A stretch of 63,929 bases of DNA, the filler included, from Reticulomyxa filosa (taxonomy: Eukaryota > Protista > Foraminifera), in NCBI GenBank assembly GCA_000512085.1. It is 28 parts of 28 records of this genome, joined end to end, with 100 filler letters (N's around TTAATTAATTAA, not from the genome) between each part and the next. Parts side by side here need not be neighbours in the genome. Positions count along the whole stretch, not along the records: positions 1 to 1,920 come from ASPP01002109.1; positions 2,021 to 3,147 come from ASPP01006703.1; positions 3,248 to 6,315 come from ASPP01019905.1; positions 6,416 to 8,312 come from ASPP01005015.1; positions 8,413 to 9,698 come from ASPP01029157.1; positions 9,799 to 13,242 come from ASPP01011136.1; 22 more parts are not named here. One strand, written 5' to 3'. Every line of letters starts with the position of its first letter. The first letter of the stretch is position 1. A program made the position numbers and the translations under genes. Below the pieces are notes generated by a model. The model had not been told where the DNA came from. It ran no database searches and was given only the letters and a program-made list of their open reading frames with translations. Positions 1 through 12,270 of the stretch are shown here, piece after piece.

Positions 1-1812
1 CAGCCTTTTGAATCCAATCAGCGGGACTTCGATCGTATTGTTGTGACTGCGATTGCGACGGTGATTGTGACTGTTGATTGAGCATGTCGGGCAATTTTTC
101 TGGCTGTTTGTGCAGCAAACTGATGCCAATGGAGACTGTCAGTCACACCTCGGCAGTGCTGTTTTGGTCATCCCAAACGATTCGATATGAGCAAGATTTC
201 GGATAATTCTTATTTTCTGCTCCTCCGTCGTCATTACGTTGTGATTATTTGGTTGCATGTTTGTCATTACCTCCAGTGTCGCCGCCTTCGACAACAAAAA
301 ACTGAAATTTGGGCATGCAATTCTTGTCGTACTCCACTTTGATGGAGGACTGTCGCAGCTGCGAGAGTATGGAGCCACTTACGGCCAATAGTCGATCGGA
401 TGCTGTTAAGCAAACAAAATAAAATAAAATAAACAAGTACACATATACATGTATTAACAATCAATAGGCAAAAGCAAAGCAATGAAACAATTTTTGCTTT
501 TCATCCGACACTTTGGAGTGTATCAATCCACACACGTGCTGCAAAAGCCTATCGCGCACCTGCATTCCTCCCAATTAATTGCTAATGTCCGCGAAATCGT
601 CGATGGAGATGAGGAGCATTCCACATTCCTGAGAGTCATCTCCGTGAGGAAGGAGAGTGAGCTCTTCAAAGTTGCCGCTTTTTTTGATGTTGATATTGGT
701 CATCATTTCCAAGCCTTCGACGTCAAACACGTCGTCCTTCAGCGCGCTCTCGCTGACGGCGCTGTCTATAGTCCTGGAGCGAGCGTGCGCATACGAAGAA
801 GACTTGATAGTTTTGGTGTAGCCATACGTGTCGGTCGAGTCTTTGCGTTTGCTGGGCCGTCTGCCGCTCGTCTTGTTGTTTTGTTTATATCCATCAAAGA
901 TTGTTCCGCAGGTTTTTAAAAATGAATTGTTGTTGGACAATCAGGTTATAAAGTTGCGTGAAAGCGTAGCGACATCCTATATGCATATACATATACATAT
1001 ATATGTATATATGTACATATGTATATGTGGACCCTATTCAAACCAACGAAACAAAAACATACCATTGAATCAGAAGTTTTTTTGCACATGCAATCAACAA
1101 TGTCAAAAATTTTGGTCAATCCAAACGACACTTGTTCTGCGTTGAATGACTTATGATCGATACTTTCAATCATCATTTTCAAGCGATCTCGGACTTCCAA
1201 CAATCCTACTTTCATCTTTTTTTTTATTATCCAGCGACACACAATTTGTGTTTGTACAAGAATGCAAAAAAAAAAGACAAACCTCTTTCTGATGTTTGTA
1301 GTATTGATTGACTATTCGTTTCGATTTTTGAAATTTTTTTGTCGACTGTCATTTATATGCAAAAAAAAAAAAAAATTTAAGGGGGAAGCTATTTGTGTAG
1401 TTTTATCCAAATGTTTAAAAAAAAAAACTTAGACTAAAAAATCGCGAAATTCTTTAGACTGCAGTGCAACAGGCAAACAGATAATTGCATTGATGTACTG
1501 CTGCAATTTATTTTTTCTTGCAAGAATAAAGTCGCTCTTGAATCTTCCCAGCATTTGATTGGGCGGCAGTTCTGGAAGTCTGGAGTTCAACAGCTTTTTC
1601 AAACTATCGTACAACTCCGCAAATTGACTGTAGCGCTTCCACAGTTACCATTGCAATATCCCGTCGGTTATTATCACATTGTATGCCACAAACGATTGTC
1701 CCGATTTCGGCTGCACTTTTGATTTCCCCGTTGTTGTCAATTCAATCTTCGTGGTTGATGTGAATACATGCTCTTGCAATTGTGTCTCGGTCCCTGATAT
1801 TAATAACACTTG
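1..1812 (-). pseudogene. Multi-exon PX-domain + GGDEF(diguanylate cyclase)-like gene with 7 in-frame stops (partial at both ends)
   Basis: Exons 1812-1429, 1345-1283, 1215-1063, 976-~461 and ~406-1. The first three introns are phase-0 GT-AG; the last is unresolved. PX motifs: FVAYNVII..W*LWKRYSQFAELYDSLKK..LPELPP..RKNKLQQYINAI. GGDEF-like motifs: GMLLISIDDFADISN*LGG..RDRLLQHVCGLI, AY*L, LTVSIGIS, DWIQKA. Recognised by eye. Confidence 0.6.
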
Positions 1813-1920
1813 CTGTTATCAAACAAACATAAATTCAATTTTTTTAAAAAAAATGATCTCTCTATCTTCTTTGGATATCACAGGGGAAAAAAACACACTA
1901 TCTTTTTGCATCAACTCGAA

Positions 1921-2020
1921 NNNNNNNNNNNNNNNNNNNNNNNNNNNNNNNNNNNNNNNNNNNNTTAATTAATTAANNNNNNNNNNNNNNNNNNNNNNNN
2001 NNNNNNNNNNNNNNNNNNNN
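1921..2020. other. Artificial contig-joining spacer (44N-TTAATTAATTAA-44N), first of 27 copies
   Basis: Identical 100-bp spacer with stops in all six frames. Copies start at 1921, 3148, 6316, 8313, 9699, 13243, 15512, 16829, 18036, 19785, 22729, 24505, 26027, 27824, 29189, 31491, 36206, 38623, 40710, 44012, 47026, 48421, 50693, 53159, 54353, 60349 and 61473. Confidence 0.98.
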
Positions 2021-2151
2021 TTTTTTTTTTTTTTTTGAATGACTGGTTTATTCTTTTGCAAAAAAAAAAAAAAAAATTAAAAGATGATAAGTTTCTGACA
2101 GAGAGGAGACAATGCAACATTGATTTCATTTTATTTTATTTTAATTTTCAG

Positions 2152-2525
2152 AGGTTGCATGTTGTGAAGCTAAAACGCAAGTATATAATGCATTGAAAGC
2201 AAATGGGATTGAAATACCTCCCAGTCTTGAACGAGAGAAAATCGGTGAGTATGCGTATGCTATGAGTTACGACACTTTCAAACTTGTTCTTGAAAATAAT
2301 TGGAAAATGAATATCTCTGATTTGAATGAGCTGGCAAATCAATTTCAGTGCCATAATCGCACTTTGCTCGACGCACAAGAGTGTGACGAAGAACACTATG
2401 GTGGCACCCATGAGGCCATGAAAAATATTGAAGTTTTGAGACGAGGTATCGCCAATTTAGAGAAAACAAGTGACGATTACGAGTCATTAATTAGAATGTA
2501 TTTGTCTCCTGTGAAAAGTGATTGA
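2152..2525 (+). CDS. Hypothetical protein, 3' exon
   Basis: Open frame with protein-like composition after a T-rich acceptor (ttttcag), ending at TGA before a T-rich UTR. Confidence 0.5.
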
Positions 2526-2728
2526 TTTTTTTTTTTTTTTTGTAATTGATTATTTTTTGTTTTTTGGTTTCTTTGGTGTGCAAAAGTTTTTTTTTGAAAT
2601 TATAAAACTTATTTAAATTTGTTCCAAACAAAAATTGTTATAAAATTGCTCATGCTTAAAAAGTTTTAAGGGTTCCTCAAGGTAAAACTTTTTTTTGTAA
2701 TTAATCAAATATATATACATCATATATC

Positions 2729-3147
2729 ATGTATCAACCTCGAAATAAGCCACAACGCGCGACAGAAGTGAGTGCGAACTTAAAAGTTCGAGTGAGCAAA
2801 GCTTTGTACGCGTCAGATAAAGGTATTAGAAAAAAAAAAGAAAAATTACAGGACGAATTGAGTAAAAGAAAAAAAAAAAAAAAAAACAAACAAAAAAAGT
2901 GATAATGCCAGAACACGTACTAAACTCAATAATGCGCGAATATCCGGACAAAATGCCCACGCCAACAATCTTTGAGATCCAACACTTGGGGATACAAGAC
3001 TTGAATGGGACGCCACAAATGCACTGCGGAGTGTTGGAGTACACGTCATCGAACCGCGAAGAGGTGCATGTGCCGTACTGGATGCTTAAGATCTTGCGTA
3101 AGTACGACAATTTGGAGCAGCGCATGGAGCCTATAGTGGAAGGCGAA
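2729..3147 (+). CDS. UFD1: UFD1-like ubiquitin fusion degradation protein, N-terminal part
   Basis: ATG at 2729, exon to 2822, intron 2823-2899, then SDK-VIMPEHVL..PTIFEI..MHCGVLEYTS..VHVPYWML. This matches the UFD1 pattern KIIMP/THCGVLEF/YLPxWMM. Confidence 0.75.
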
Positions 3148-3419
3148 NNNNNNNNNNNNNNNNNNNNNNNNNNNNNNNNNNNNNNNNNNNNTTAATTAAT
3201 TAANNNNNNNNNNNNNNNNNNNNNNNNNNNNNNNNNNNNNNNNNNNNTACATTGTTGTTTTTTGTAATCAATGGCACAACAGCATTGGCACCCAAATATT
3301 GGAGCATACAACACCAGTCCAATGTATTTAAGTAATTGATAATGAATAGAGGAGGACATGGATTGCGTTTTTGTGGCCGTCTTCGTCATCACCACCATTG
3401 TTGACATTGTCAACCCATC

Positions 3420-6315
3420 AAATAGCTTCCATTGGGATGCGCACTATGTGAAATTGATAAAGTTTAAGGATGAGCAAAGTCGCTGCTTGTGGATGTAAAG
3501 AGACATAACCAAAGTAATAACGGCAAATGATTCTTTTTTTTTTAAAAAACAAATCCAACGATGGTATTGCCTTGGAACTTTCTTTTTCTTCTTCTTTATC
3601 ATTATCATCCCCCCTCTTCTTGTTCGCTGATGACCTTGACTTGAGTTTCACAAAACTCATCCACCAAATTGGAGCAACAACATCGGACGAATGGTTCAGT
3701 GTGAGAGTGGCTTACTTGACCGCCATATGTGATTATTTCCTATAACGTCCACACCCTCTTCTTATTCGTGTTTTATTTCTTCGATCAATCCAGTCACTGT
3801 TGCTGTTGCTATACCCGTAATGTCGATATCGTTTTTTTTTTTTGCGCGGTATTTTCACCTCTTTTTTTCTTTTTTCTGGTAAAAGCTTGCTTTTGTAGTC
3901 GGGTAGCACCAACTCCAGATTCTCTGCAGTTGAACTGGGAGAAATTTCTTTAACTGTTTCAATGCCATCATATGATGGATATTTTCAACATACGAAATGC
4001 ATCCACTCTCGTTACCCTTGTGATAATGAGCACACATTGGTGTTGGATAATGGTCGATGTTAGAAATTTCTGCATCCGACATCATGCATCCATTCGATAA
4101 TATTTGGATTTGTGATTCAATGAGAGAGGAAGGATACAATTCATATTTTCTCTTTCATTATTAGACTTATTCATTCTTAACGTTCTTGATTGCCATGGTT
4201 CAACGATCTTTGATATCACTACGCGATTTACAATTTAAAATTCACGTTGACTCGAATCCAACTCAAAAAAATACAAATTGGCGATCTATACTCCATTGCT
4301 CTCGGGAGTTAGAAAATGGAACCAGTTCTCTCTCTATCTTTCTCTTCACTGACCATCAATGCTCAATGCCATTCGCAAGCTCAACATTCATCCCACCAGC
4401 ACAAAATTGCGAATATGCGCACGCACACCGCCAGTTCTGAGAAGAGTATTTGGCGCCATTTTTTTAAACAACCTTGTTCGTTGGAGCCAGTAGATCGCAG
4501 TTCGATGCCTGCTGTGCAAGTCAATTATCCGCAGTGACTTGTATGTGTCTACGTTGATGGTGAACAAGTTCTTTCCAATGGCTCGGGTTACTGCTTCTAG
4601 ACATTTCCACATACTTGCTCACTGTCTTTACTTGGCGCGCTCTATGTGAAGGTATTGATGTTTGTAAACAACTTGCAGGCGTGAAAAGCCAGTAACCAAA
4701 CTGGTAGACAAGCCTATTTTTAAAAAAAAAAAACAGATTCAACGTGATACGATTTCGAGATTCTCTTTCTTATATTCATCCTCCTCCTTTTCATCTTTTT
4801 CTTCTTGGTTGCCAATGTCTTGACGGAATTTCGCATAACTCATCCACCAAATTGAACCACCCTCACATAGAATGTTCTTCTAATTAGTGATTTTCTTGAT
4901 CGCCATGTGTGAGCATTTTTTAAATAACTTCCACGTTCCTTTCTTAATCGTCTTCAACTTCTTTTCTGCCGCTGTTGAGACACCACAATATCTCTATCGT
5001 TTCTACTTTGCGCGGGCATTTCCAGTACATTCAAAGTCCCTATTGGCGGTCTAATGAGTTATTATTATTATTTTCCATACTTGGGCGTATTTGTTGCTAA
5101 GATTCCTATTATCGGTATATGCACGATCCAAAATCCAAAGTTTCGGTGTGTGCACGCATACCAACAGTTTCTACACTAGTTCACGATATCTGCGTTTCGA
5201 TTGTTGCCATGAGTTAATAAACTTAACGTCATTTCCATAAAACCAAGTCTCACTTGTTCGTTGGCACCGGTAGACCGAAGTTTGACACCCTCTTTGGCGC
5301 TTTGCCACACCAACAATTATTCTCAGAGACTTGTTTGCGCCTATGTTGATGACAAACAAGTTTTTTTCAATTGTTCGAATTATCACTGCTTAACATTGCC
5401 ACGCACTCGTTCATTGATTGACACGCTATGTTAATGTGGTGCATGTCTGAAAACGTGCAGTCTACGCTCGCGAACAGTACATAACCGAATTCAGCAAACT
5501 GACCGACGAGTTTGTTCTTTTTTTAAAACAAATCCAACACGTATGTCTTCTTTGATCTCTTTCTTCTATTCATACCCCTTCTAATATTCTCTTCTTGAAT
5601 GCAATGTCTTGACAAAGTTTCGCGGCCACCCCACTAAATTAAGCCACTTTCACACTGAACGATTCTCTAAATGTGTGACTTTCTCGATCGCCATTCGCGG
5701 ATATTTTCTAACAACTTCCGCGTTCTTTTCTTCCTCGCCCTCCATGTCTTCTCTGCCACACTCTAGACAATACAATGACTGTATTATTTACTTTGCGCGA
5801 CATCCCGATTCCTTATTTTTTTTTCTTCTTGGTCAGCTTGCTTTCATCTGGCAGCACCAATATTCAGATTGTCCGAAATTAATCTGTGAAAATCTTGTCC
5901 AATTGTCCCAAGATAATACATAGACTTTGTACTTGAAAAAAATAGGCTGACTTTTTGATGATAAACACTTTGCGCAGGCATTTCCAGTACAGCCAACGTT
6001 TAGATTGACACTTTAATGATAGAATACCTTTTTTTTTCTCATCATTAGTCGTATTCATTGAAAACGATTTCTACCATCAGTTTATGTACGGTTCAAAACC
6101 AAAGTTGCGTACGTACACGACTAATTTTGATTGTTCATGGATTAATAAAATTAGCTTGATTCCAACAACGACTGATGTTCACTTGTTTGTTGGCTAATGT
6201 AGTCGCAGTTCAAATTTGCCTTTGATAATGTGTCACTCCAACAATTATTTGAAGAGACTTGTGCGCCTAAGTTGATGGCAAATAAATTTTTCAATGTCTC
6301 CTGCTGCAACTACTT
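3420..6315 (-). pseudogene. Degenerate tandem copies (3-4) of an unidentified coding unit
   Basis: Shared blocks recur: ccac(c/t)aaatt..gatcgccat at ~3661/4844/5631; gttgatg..aa(c/t)aa..ttt..caat at ~4553/5346/6271; ggcatttccagtaca at ~5015/5977. Frames are broken by stops and shifts. Confidence 0.5.
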
Positions 6316-6415
6316 NNNNNNNNNNNNNNNNNNNNNNNNNNNNNNNNNNNNNNNNNNNNTTAATTAATTAANNNNNNNNNNNNNNNNNNNNNNNNNNNNN
6401 NNNNNNNNNNNNNNN

Positions 6416-7021
6416 TGATTTGGATAGGTTGAACATGTTGGACAAAGAGGGACATTCGACCCCTTTGCAGCAGATATATGGACACTTGGGGTATGTTTGT
6501 GGATCCTCATGTTCAAAGAGTACCCACTTCAACAAAGAATTTACAAGGACAGATGGATATTGCCATTTGAAAAAAATAGAGTTGTAGAAACAGAGTATTT
6601 TAAGGGTCGGATGGCCGAAAGGAACTTATTGCCTTCTGTTACCGTCGAGGTGTTCAGTTGAGTTTATTTTTTGTTGTCCATATTCTTTTTCTCTCCCTTC
6701 CTCAGCTTTTGTTTTTTTTTTTTTTTGGATGACTTTAGCCGTATTGACGAAAATCTTCAAGCCGGAGACTCAACGAATAAACATCACACAGCTGGCTGCA
6801 CTTGATTTTTGTGCTCAGGTATTTTAAATGTTACATACAAATAAGTAATTTTATGTTTGATGGAAAGAGGAGGGGGAAAAAAAGAATTATTTTCATTTGG
6901 TGATGTTACATGCATGTTATATACGCATATTAGACCCCGACGTCGGCTAGGGCAAACATTGACAGTGATATTAAAACAGATTAATGATTGCTTTGATAAT
7001 GATGGGACTGGGATCCCATAG
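6416..7021 (+). CDS. Ser/Thr protein kinase, C-terminal exons (subdomains IX-XI)
   Basis: Reads TFDPFAADIWTLGVCLWILMFKEYP (subdomain IX). After the intron at ~6657-6738 it reads VLTKIFKPETQRINITQL (subdomain XI Arg). Confidence 0.7.
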
Positions 7022-7730
7022 TATTCAAAAATGAATCGAACACTCTTTTTTCTTATTGATTTGGTGCTTTTTTTTTTAAAATGATTTTTGCAATTTTTGT
7101 TTGTATCGTTTGTACGTTACACGGTGATTCAATTTTAAAACAAATGTGTTCTCTAAAAAGTGATTAACACTTGGATTTTACTAGAGTTAGTTGTCGTACA
7201 TAAAATTTTTCAAAAAAAATTGTTCTATTGTAAGTTTGGACATGAGCCAAACAACACTCATGTGGCTCAAATTTTCTCTATTTTTTAATCCAAAAATTTA
7301 CCTTTTGGAGTTAGCTCCGAAGAGAACAAAAATACATCGTTTCTACATTTTTGCTTATTTGGCATTGTAGAGCGACACTCAACCATTATTTCAATGTTAA
7401 AGACTTTTCATGTTCTACAAGCTTTTTGGCTTCTTTTTAAAGTAATCTCTTATTTAATTTGTTTCGTTTTGTTGAAAGCCTAGTATGAAAGTAAATTAAC
7501 TCTTTCTGTAACGTGGAGTTTTTGTTTTGTGTTAAATATTACTAGTTTATTCTGATTTGAAGATTGTAATGCTAAATTACATTTCTACACATATCGTGCT
7601 GTAATAACAAAAATAAATACAACTAATTCAATAAATATCAGTCACTTTTGTTAATCGCCTTAATAGCACAGCCTCTCCCAACAGGTTTTTTTTGTTGAAA
7701 TGTTCTCCCCGGCTAGGTCGAAGATACATT

Positions 7731-8312
7731 ATGAATCAATTTGGTGGTTTTCCATTTACACCATATGGTGCTCCAATATGGCCTGACTTTAAAGCGCCGT
7801 ATAATCAGTTTCCTTCGCTTGCCTCGTCGAATCCAGGAGGAATGGGTTTATATCCTGCAACGAGTCAGGGACCAAGCCATAATAATGCGCACATGTACTA
7901 TGACACAACGGGCAGTGTAACTCCCCACGGGTTGGGCGCACCATTTCCAACGACATCATTGCCCACAGCAAACAACACAATCCAAATGTTGATGCACATG
8001 CAACCAGGTCCCCCACCATCAATGGCCTTAGGAGGAGCACAATCGTTAGGTCTGGCGCCAGCTCCGTCAGCGTCGACGACAACGACAACAGTGATGGCGA
8101 CGTCTGGAGCCACAAATCAATCGCAATTATTTATGTCAAAGCTGGGGTCCACCTATGGTCCGGGCATAGCAACGACAGGTAGCAATAGCCTCGGTACCCG
8201 AACGAACAATGCAAATAACAATCCCAATGGAATTGGAAGCCTCATGCCTTTACCTCTATCAGGTACATTAATGGGTGACCACCCTTCAACTATGCTCAGA
8301 GCCAACAATGGC
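7731..8312 (+). CDS. Low-complexity Pro/Gly/Asn/Thr-rich protein, N-terminal part
   Basis: Long open frame with raised GC from ATG AAT CAA to the contig end. Confidence 0.55.
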
Positions 8313-8412
8313 NNNNNNNNNNNNNNNNNNNNNNNNNNNNNNNNNNNNNNNNNNNNTTAATTAATTAANNNNNNNNNNNNNNNNNNNNNNNNNNNNNNNN
8401 NNNNNNNNNNNN

Positions 8413-9070
8413 TATTGTCATATTCAGAGGATAATACTCTTTGATTATGGGATCTGTTGTCTGGAAAACAATTTCAAGTGTTAGAAGGTCATACAAAGCG
8501 AGTAACGATGCACGATTTTCATCTGACAGTTCTAAAATTATATCAGGTTCGGCTGCTCATACAATCCGACTATGGGATGTGTCATCTGGAAAACAAATTC
8601 AAGTATTAGAAGGCATACAGATTTTATAAATTGTGTACGCTTTTATCCAGATATCATGTTCAAATGATTAAAAACGATTCGAATATGGGACACATCATCT
8701 GAAGATCAAATTTTATTGTTGGAAGGGCATCAGAAGTGTGTAATAGACGCAAGATTTTTTCCAGATAGTACTAAAATCGTATCTTGCTAAGCAGATAATA
8801 TAATTCGAATTTGGGATATATTAACTGAGGAACAGATTTGAATATTAGAAAGACAGTCAGATCGGGTATTCGGAATAAAATTATCCACAGATGGTTCTAA
8901 AATTTTTTCACGTTCGGAAGACAAGACTATTCAACTATGGGATGCATCTTCAGGAAAGCAAATCCAATTATTGGAAGGACATAATGGGGCTATTTGCTGC
9001 ATTGATATATCATCTAATGGTTCAAAATTAATTTCATCTTCAACGGATAAAACAATTCGATTATGATAAT
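8413..9070 (+). pseudogene. WD40-repeat pseudogene
   Basis: About 5 WD40 repeats (e.g. FSSDSSKIISGS..TIRLWDVSSGKQIQVLEG; EDKTIQLWDASSGKQIQLLEGH) with several stops and frameshifts. Confidence 0.85.
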
Positions 9071-9844
9071 GTTAAAATTATTTAAGTAACTGAAAGGCAT
9101 TCAGTACCTAAATTAGGAAAGTAGGCAATCAAATTTGTTAATCATATAAATATATGTATATGTATAATTATATTTTCAATGATCGCTAATAACATAGTGT
9201 AAATATTATGCATGTTTGTTAGACTTAATGTAGATTTTGGATGATTTATTCATACGAGAATAGTACAACGTTTTTGATGTTGGTAATTAATAAAATGGAT
9301 TTGCTAAAACAATTCAACTAACTACGACAACCAAACCAACAACAAGCAATCTAACAGTTATTAAAATCCAACAACTTACAAATGTAACAGCCAAACTAAC
9401 AGTCAGTCATCTTATTTCAGAAATAATACAACTTGTTTCACAAACACAACTTCAACACAAAGTCATCAAATTAAATCAAGTCAATTAAAATATGCACATT
9501 CTTTCATTTCTTTGTCATTTTGCAAAACGCTAAATTTTATTTACATATTGATAATCATAGATCGTGTTCATATCGTTCAAGTTCTGGCGAAAGTAATCAT
9601 ATTAAATTATTTATCAAAAAGTTAACATATATTATTTTTTCAAAAAAAAATCAGCGACGAGGGGGGGGGGGGGGTAGGGAAAACAATAAATATGGTAANN
9701 NNNNNNNNNNNNNNNNNNNNNNNNNNNNNNNNNNNNNNNNNNTTAATTAATTAANNNNNNNNNNNNNNNNNNNNNNNNNNNNNNNNNNNNNNNNNNNNAT
9801 AAATAGTTTTTATTTTCTTTAGTTTGCAAAAAAAAAAAAAAAGT

Positions 9845-11720
9845 CTTCCCACCTGGTCCCATGGGTATGCACTTGTACGTCAATGCTCGCACATTATAGT
9901 CGCGATACAACAGACTATGCTCTTTCCACAAAGAGTTCATAAATTGAAACATGAAGAGAATGCCTGTCAAAAGATTCACAAATTCATATTGACTTTAATC
10001 CATTTGCCAAACAAACAAACAAACAAAACTCGAGTCTTTTCGCAAATCATCGCCCTTCTTCAAAATGAAGCTCGAGGACAAAGTAACCTTCCTATCATTG
10101 GGGTCTTTCATGTAGCAGTCCATGAGCACTGGCTTCGCATTTGAAGCAAACACTTTGCGCACTTGTATTTGCACCACTGGTTCGTCTCCACCTTCCCAAG
10201 GATGCATTATTTTATTCCTTCTTCCACTTGCACTTTGAAGCCTTTATATATACATATATGTACATATATAATTTTTTTTTTTGGTATGCGTATGTTTTTT
10301 TTTTTAAAAAAAAAAAAAAAAACAAACAAACCAGGGATTGGAGCGACGGTGAAAATGGCATGATAAAAACCGATAGCATTGGCTTTTTTGACCAAGATGC
10401 TGCGATCTTCGATGATAAGATTGGGACTATCGAACATGTGTTGAAGCCCTTCGATATTGGTGAGCGAAAAGCTCCTATCGCGCCCGTGAATTTTCTGCTG
10501 GTTCACTGGCGTGACCCCTCCTCCTCCCGTTTCTTCATTTCCATTGCCATTGGCATTACCCTCCGAGACACTGGCAACTGCACTTGCAGTAGTTGCACTC
10601 GCCATTCGTTGCAATGCAATTGGCACTGAGCGGTCTAAACGAGAGCCAAACAAACAAAGATATGGACATGCATGATTACAAACATGTATATGCATATACA
10701 CATGTACAAATATATACATATACATATACATATACATATATGTATATGTATACAATAAGTAGACGAAAAAAACCTGTGCCGAGAGGTGGTGGTGGTGTTT
10801 TGGCTCGAAGTGCCTTGGAATGCTCGTAAGTGGGCAGTTGTTTTGTTGCGCTGTAGGCTCGGGACCTGAATTCGTTGTTATCCTTTATCTCTCCTCCCAA
10901 ATTTTTGTCGGTGTTTTTGGACGTGGGCGAAAGGGTAGAGCTTGTGTCCGCCGAACTTGTGCTCGTGTTTCTGTTATCAATGGTCAGACGACCCGAGAGC
11001 TCTTCCAGTATCTCTTTCTTTTTCCGAAAGCGCTTCAGCTCTTTCGGCCATGTGGCCTCCACCGCCTTCACATCTAAATGACTATTCAAAAAATATTCAA
11101 AAGATTGTTCAATCCCAATACTTTTGGATTTTCGCTGTGTGTATAGTTTTTTTTTTTTAAAAAAAAAAGTGTGATGAAAGTGCATTATTTTTTTTATTTT
11201 GTTTTAAACAAAATATATCTTCAAATAAAATAAAAAAAATATTATCAATTATTAAATATAATATGTGTATATGCACATAAAATTCGGATATCCAATATGC
11301 AACATATTTGTAATGTGTTTTGTAACTTCGTCCAAGGTGTCGATTAAATGTTGTTTGACTGTACCCATTCCCATCCATGGCAGTTGACTGATGGCTGAAC
11401 AGACAACTGGTAAGAATATGCGCAACTCGGTTTCATTCACGTTTTTTAATTGATGTTCCAAATCTCCCACTCGGATCGATCGCAATAAACTGTTGCGACG
11501 TATTTTGTCTCATCAAATCAGTTATTGTCATTGTCGTCATTGTTTCCAAACCCAACAAAAAAAAATCACTGAATATATTGTTTGTTCGTTTTTTTTCTCT
11601 GTCCTTCTTTTTATAAATAAGTAATGAGATATTTGCAAGCAAGTACATGGCTTGACTGATACTTCATAACCAGGCTCAACTTGTAAATCGGTTTGAATCC
11701 CAATTTCTGTTAGTATTGTA
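9845..11720 (-). CDS. Phosphatidylinositol 3-/4-kinase family protein (multi-exon, 3'-partial)
   Basis: VRKVFASNAKP..FILKKGDDLRKD and ILFMFQFMNSLWKE..LTYKCIPMGPGG match the PI3K catalytic N-lobe. Upstream exons lie in the ORFs at 10207-10755, 10676-11185 and 11252-11485. The 5' boundary is approximate. Confidence 0.8.
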
Positions 11721-12270
11721 TCATTCGATTGTGTAACAATACTTCAATTGTAACTCTTCAACAAAATGGAAGAAACACAAATTTAACCGGCAACACTCCG
11801 AACAGTTCGTTCTTCACCTTTATTTGGTTCGGTATTTCGAAGAAGAGACAGTTTTGCTTCATCATGTGTTTGTTGGGTTGCACAACATCCGCCCATTGTA
11901 ATGTCCACCTACAATCTTTTTTGCCCTACCCGTAAAATTTTCTTCGTTCGGTGAAACCCTGCTACGACTGTCAACCAAGCTTTTGTTTTTTAAAATTCGA
12001 CAAACCAGGATTCAAAATGATTTAAAACAACAAAAAACGAAAAATACAGACGGAATATTCTGAAAAAAATCAAAGAGGTTTGTCAAAACTTGTGTATTAC
12101 CACAAATCAAAATATTTAAAGATAAAATTTCAATGTCACATCCACAGTACGACTGATACCACATATTGAAGCCCAAAAGAAGTTTCAAACTGCAAACACC
12201 AACGGAATCGTTTTGTACCACAAAAAAAAAATAATTAAAAAAAAAATCATGCAATGTCATTTCCGTCAAA

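Noticed and set aside
143-1647. Genome-wide stop-codon reassignment (TAA/TAG=Gln, TGA=Trp, as in some ciliates)
   Set aside because: POLD2, NSA2, B56, P4-ATPase, UBR and PPR exons contain many Gln and Trp codons and no in-frame stops. Two of the TGA sites fit Arg better than Trp.
10676-10760. ORFs rich in YIYIY/IYMYV or poly-F/poly-K (also ~980, 18700, 22050, 43580, 43900, 49630)
   Set aside because: These are translations of intronic (TA)n/(TATACA)n microsatellites and A/T tracts.
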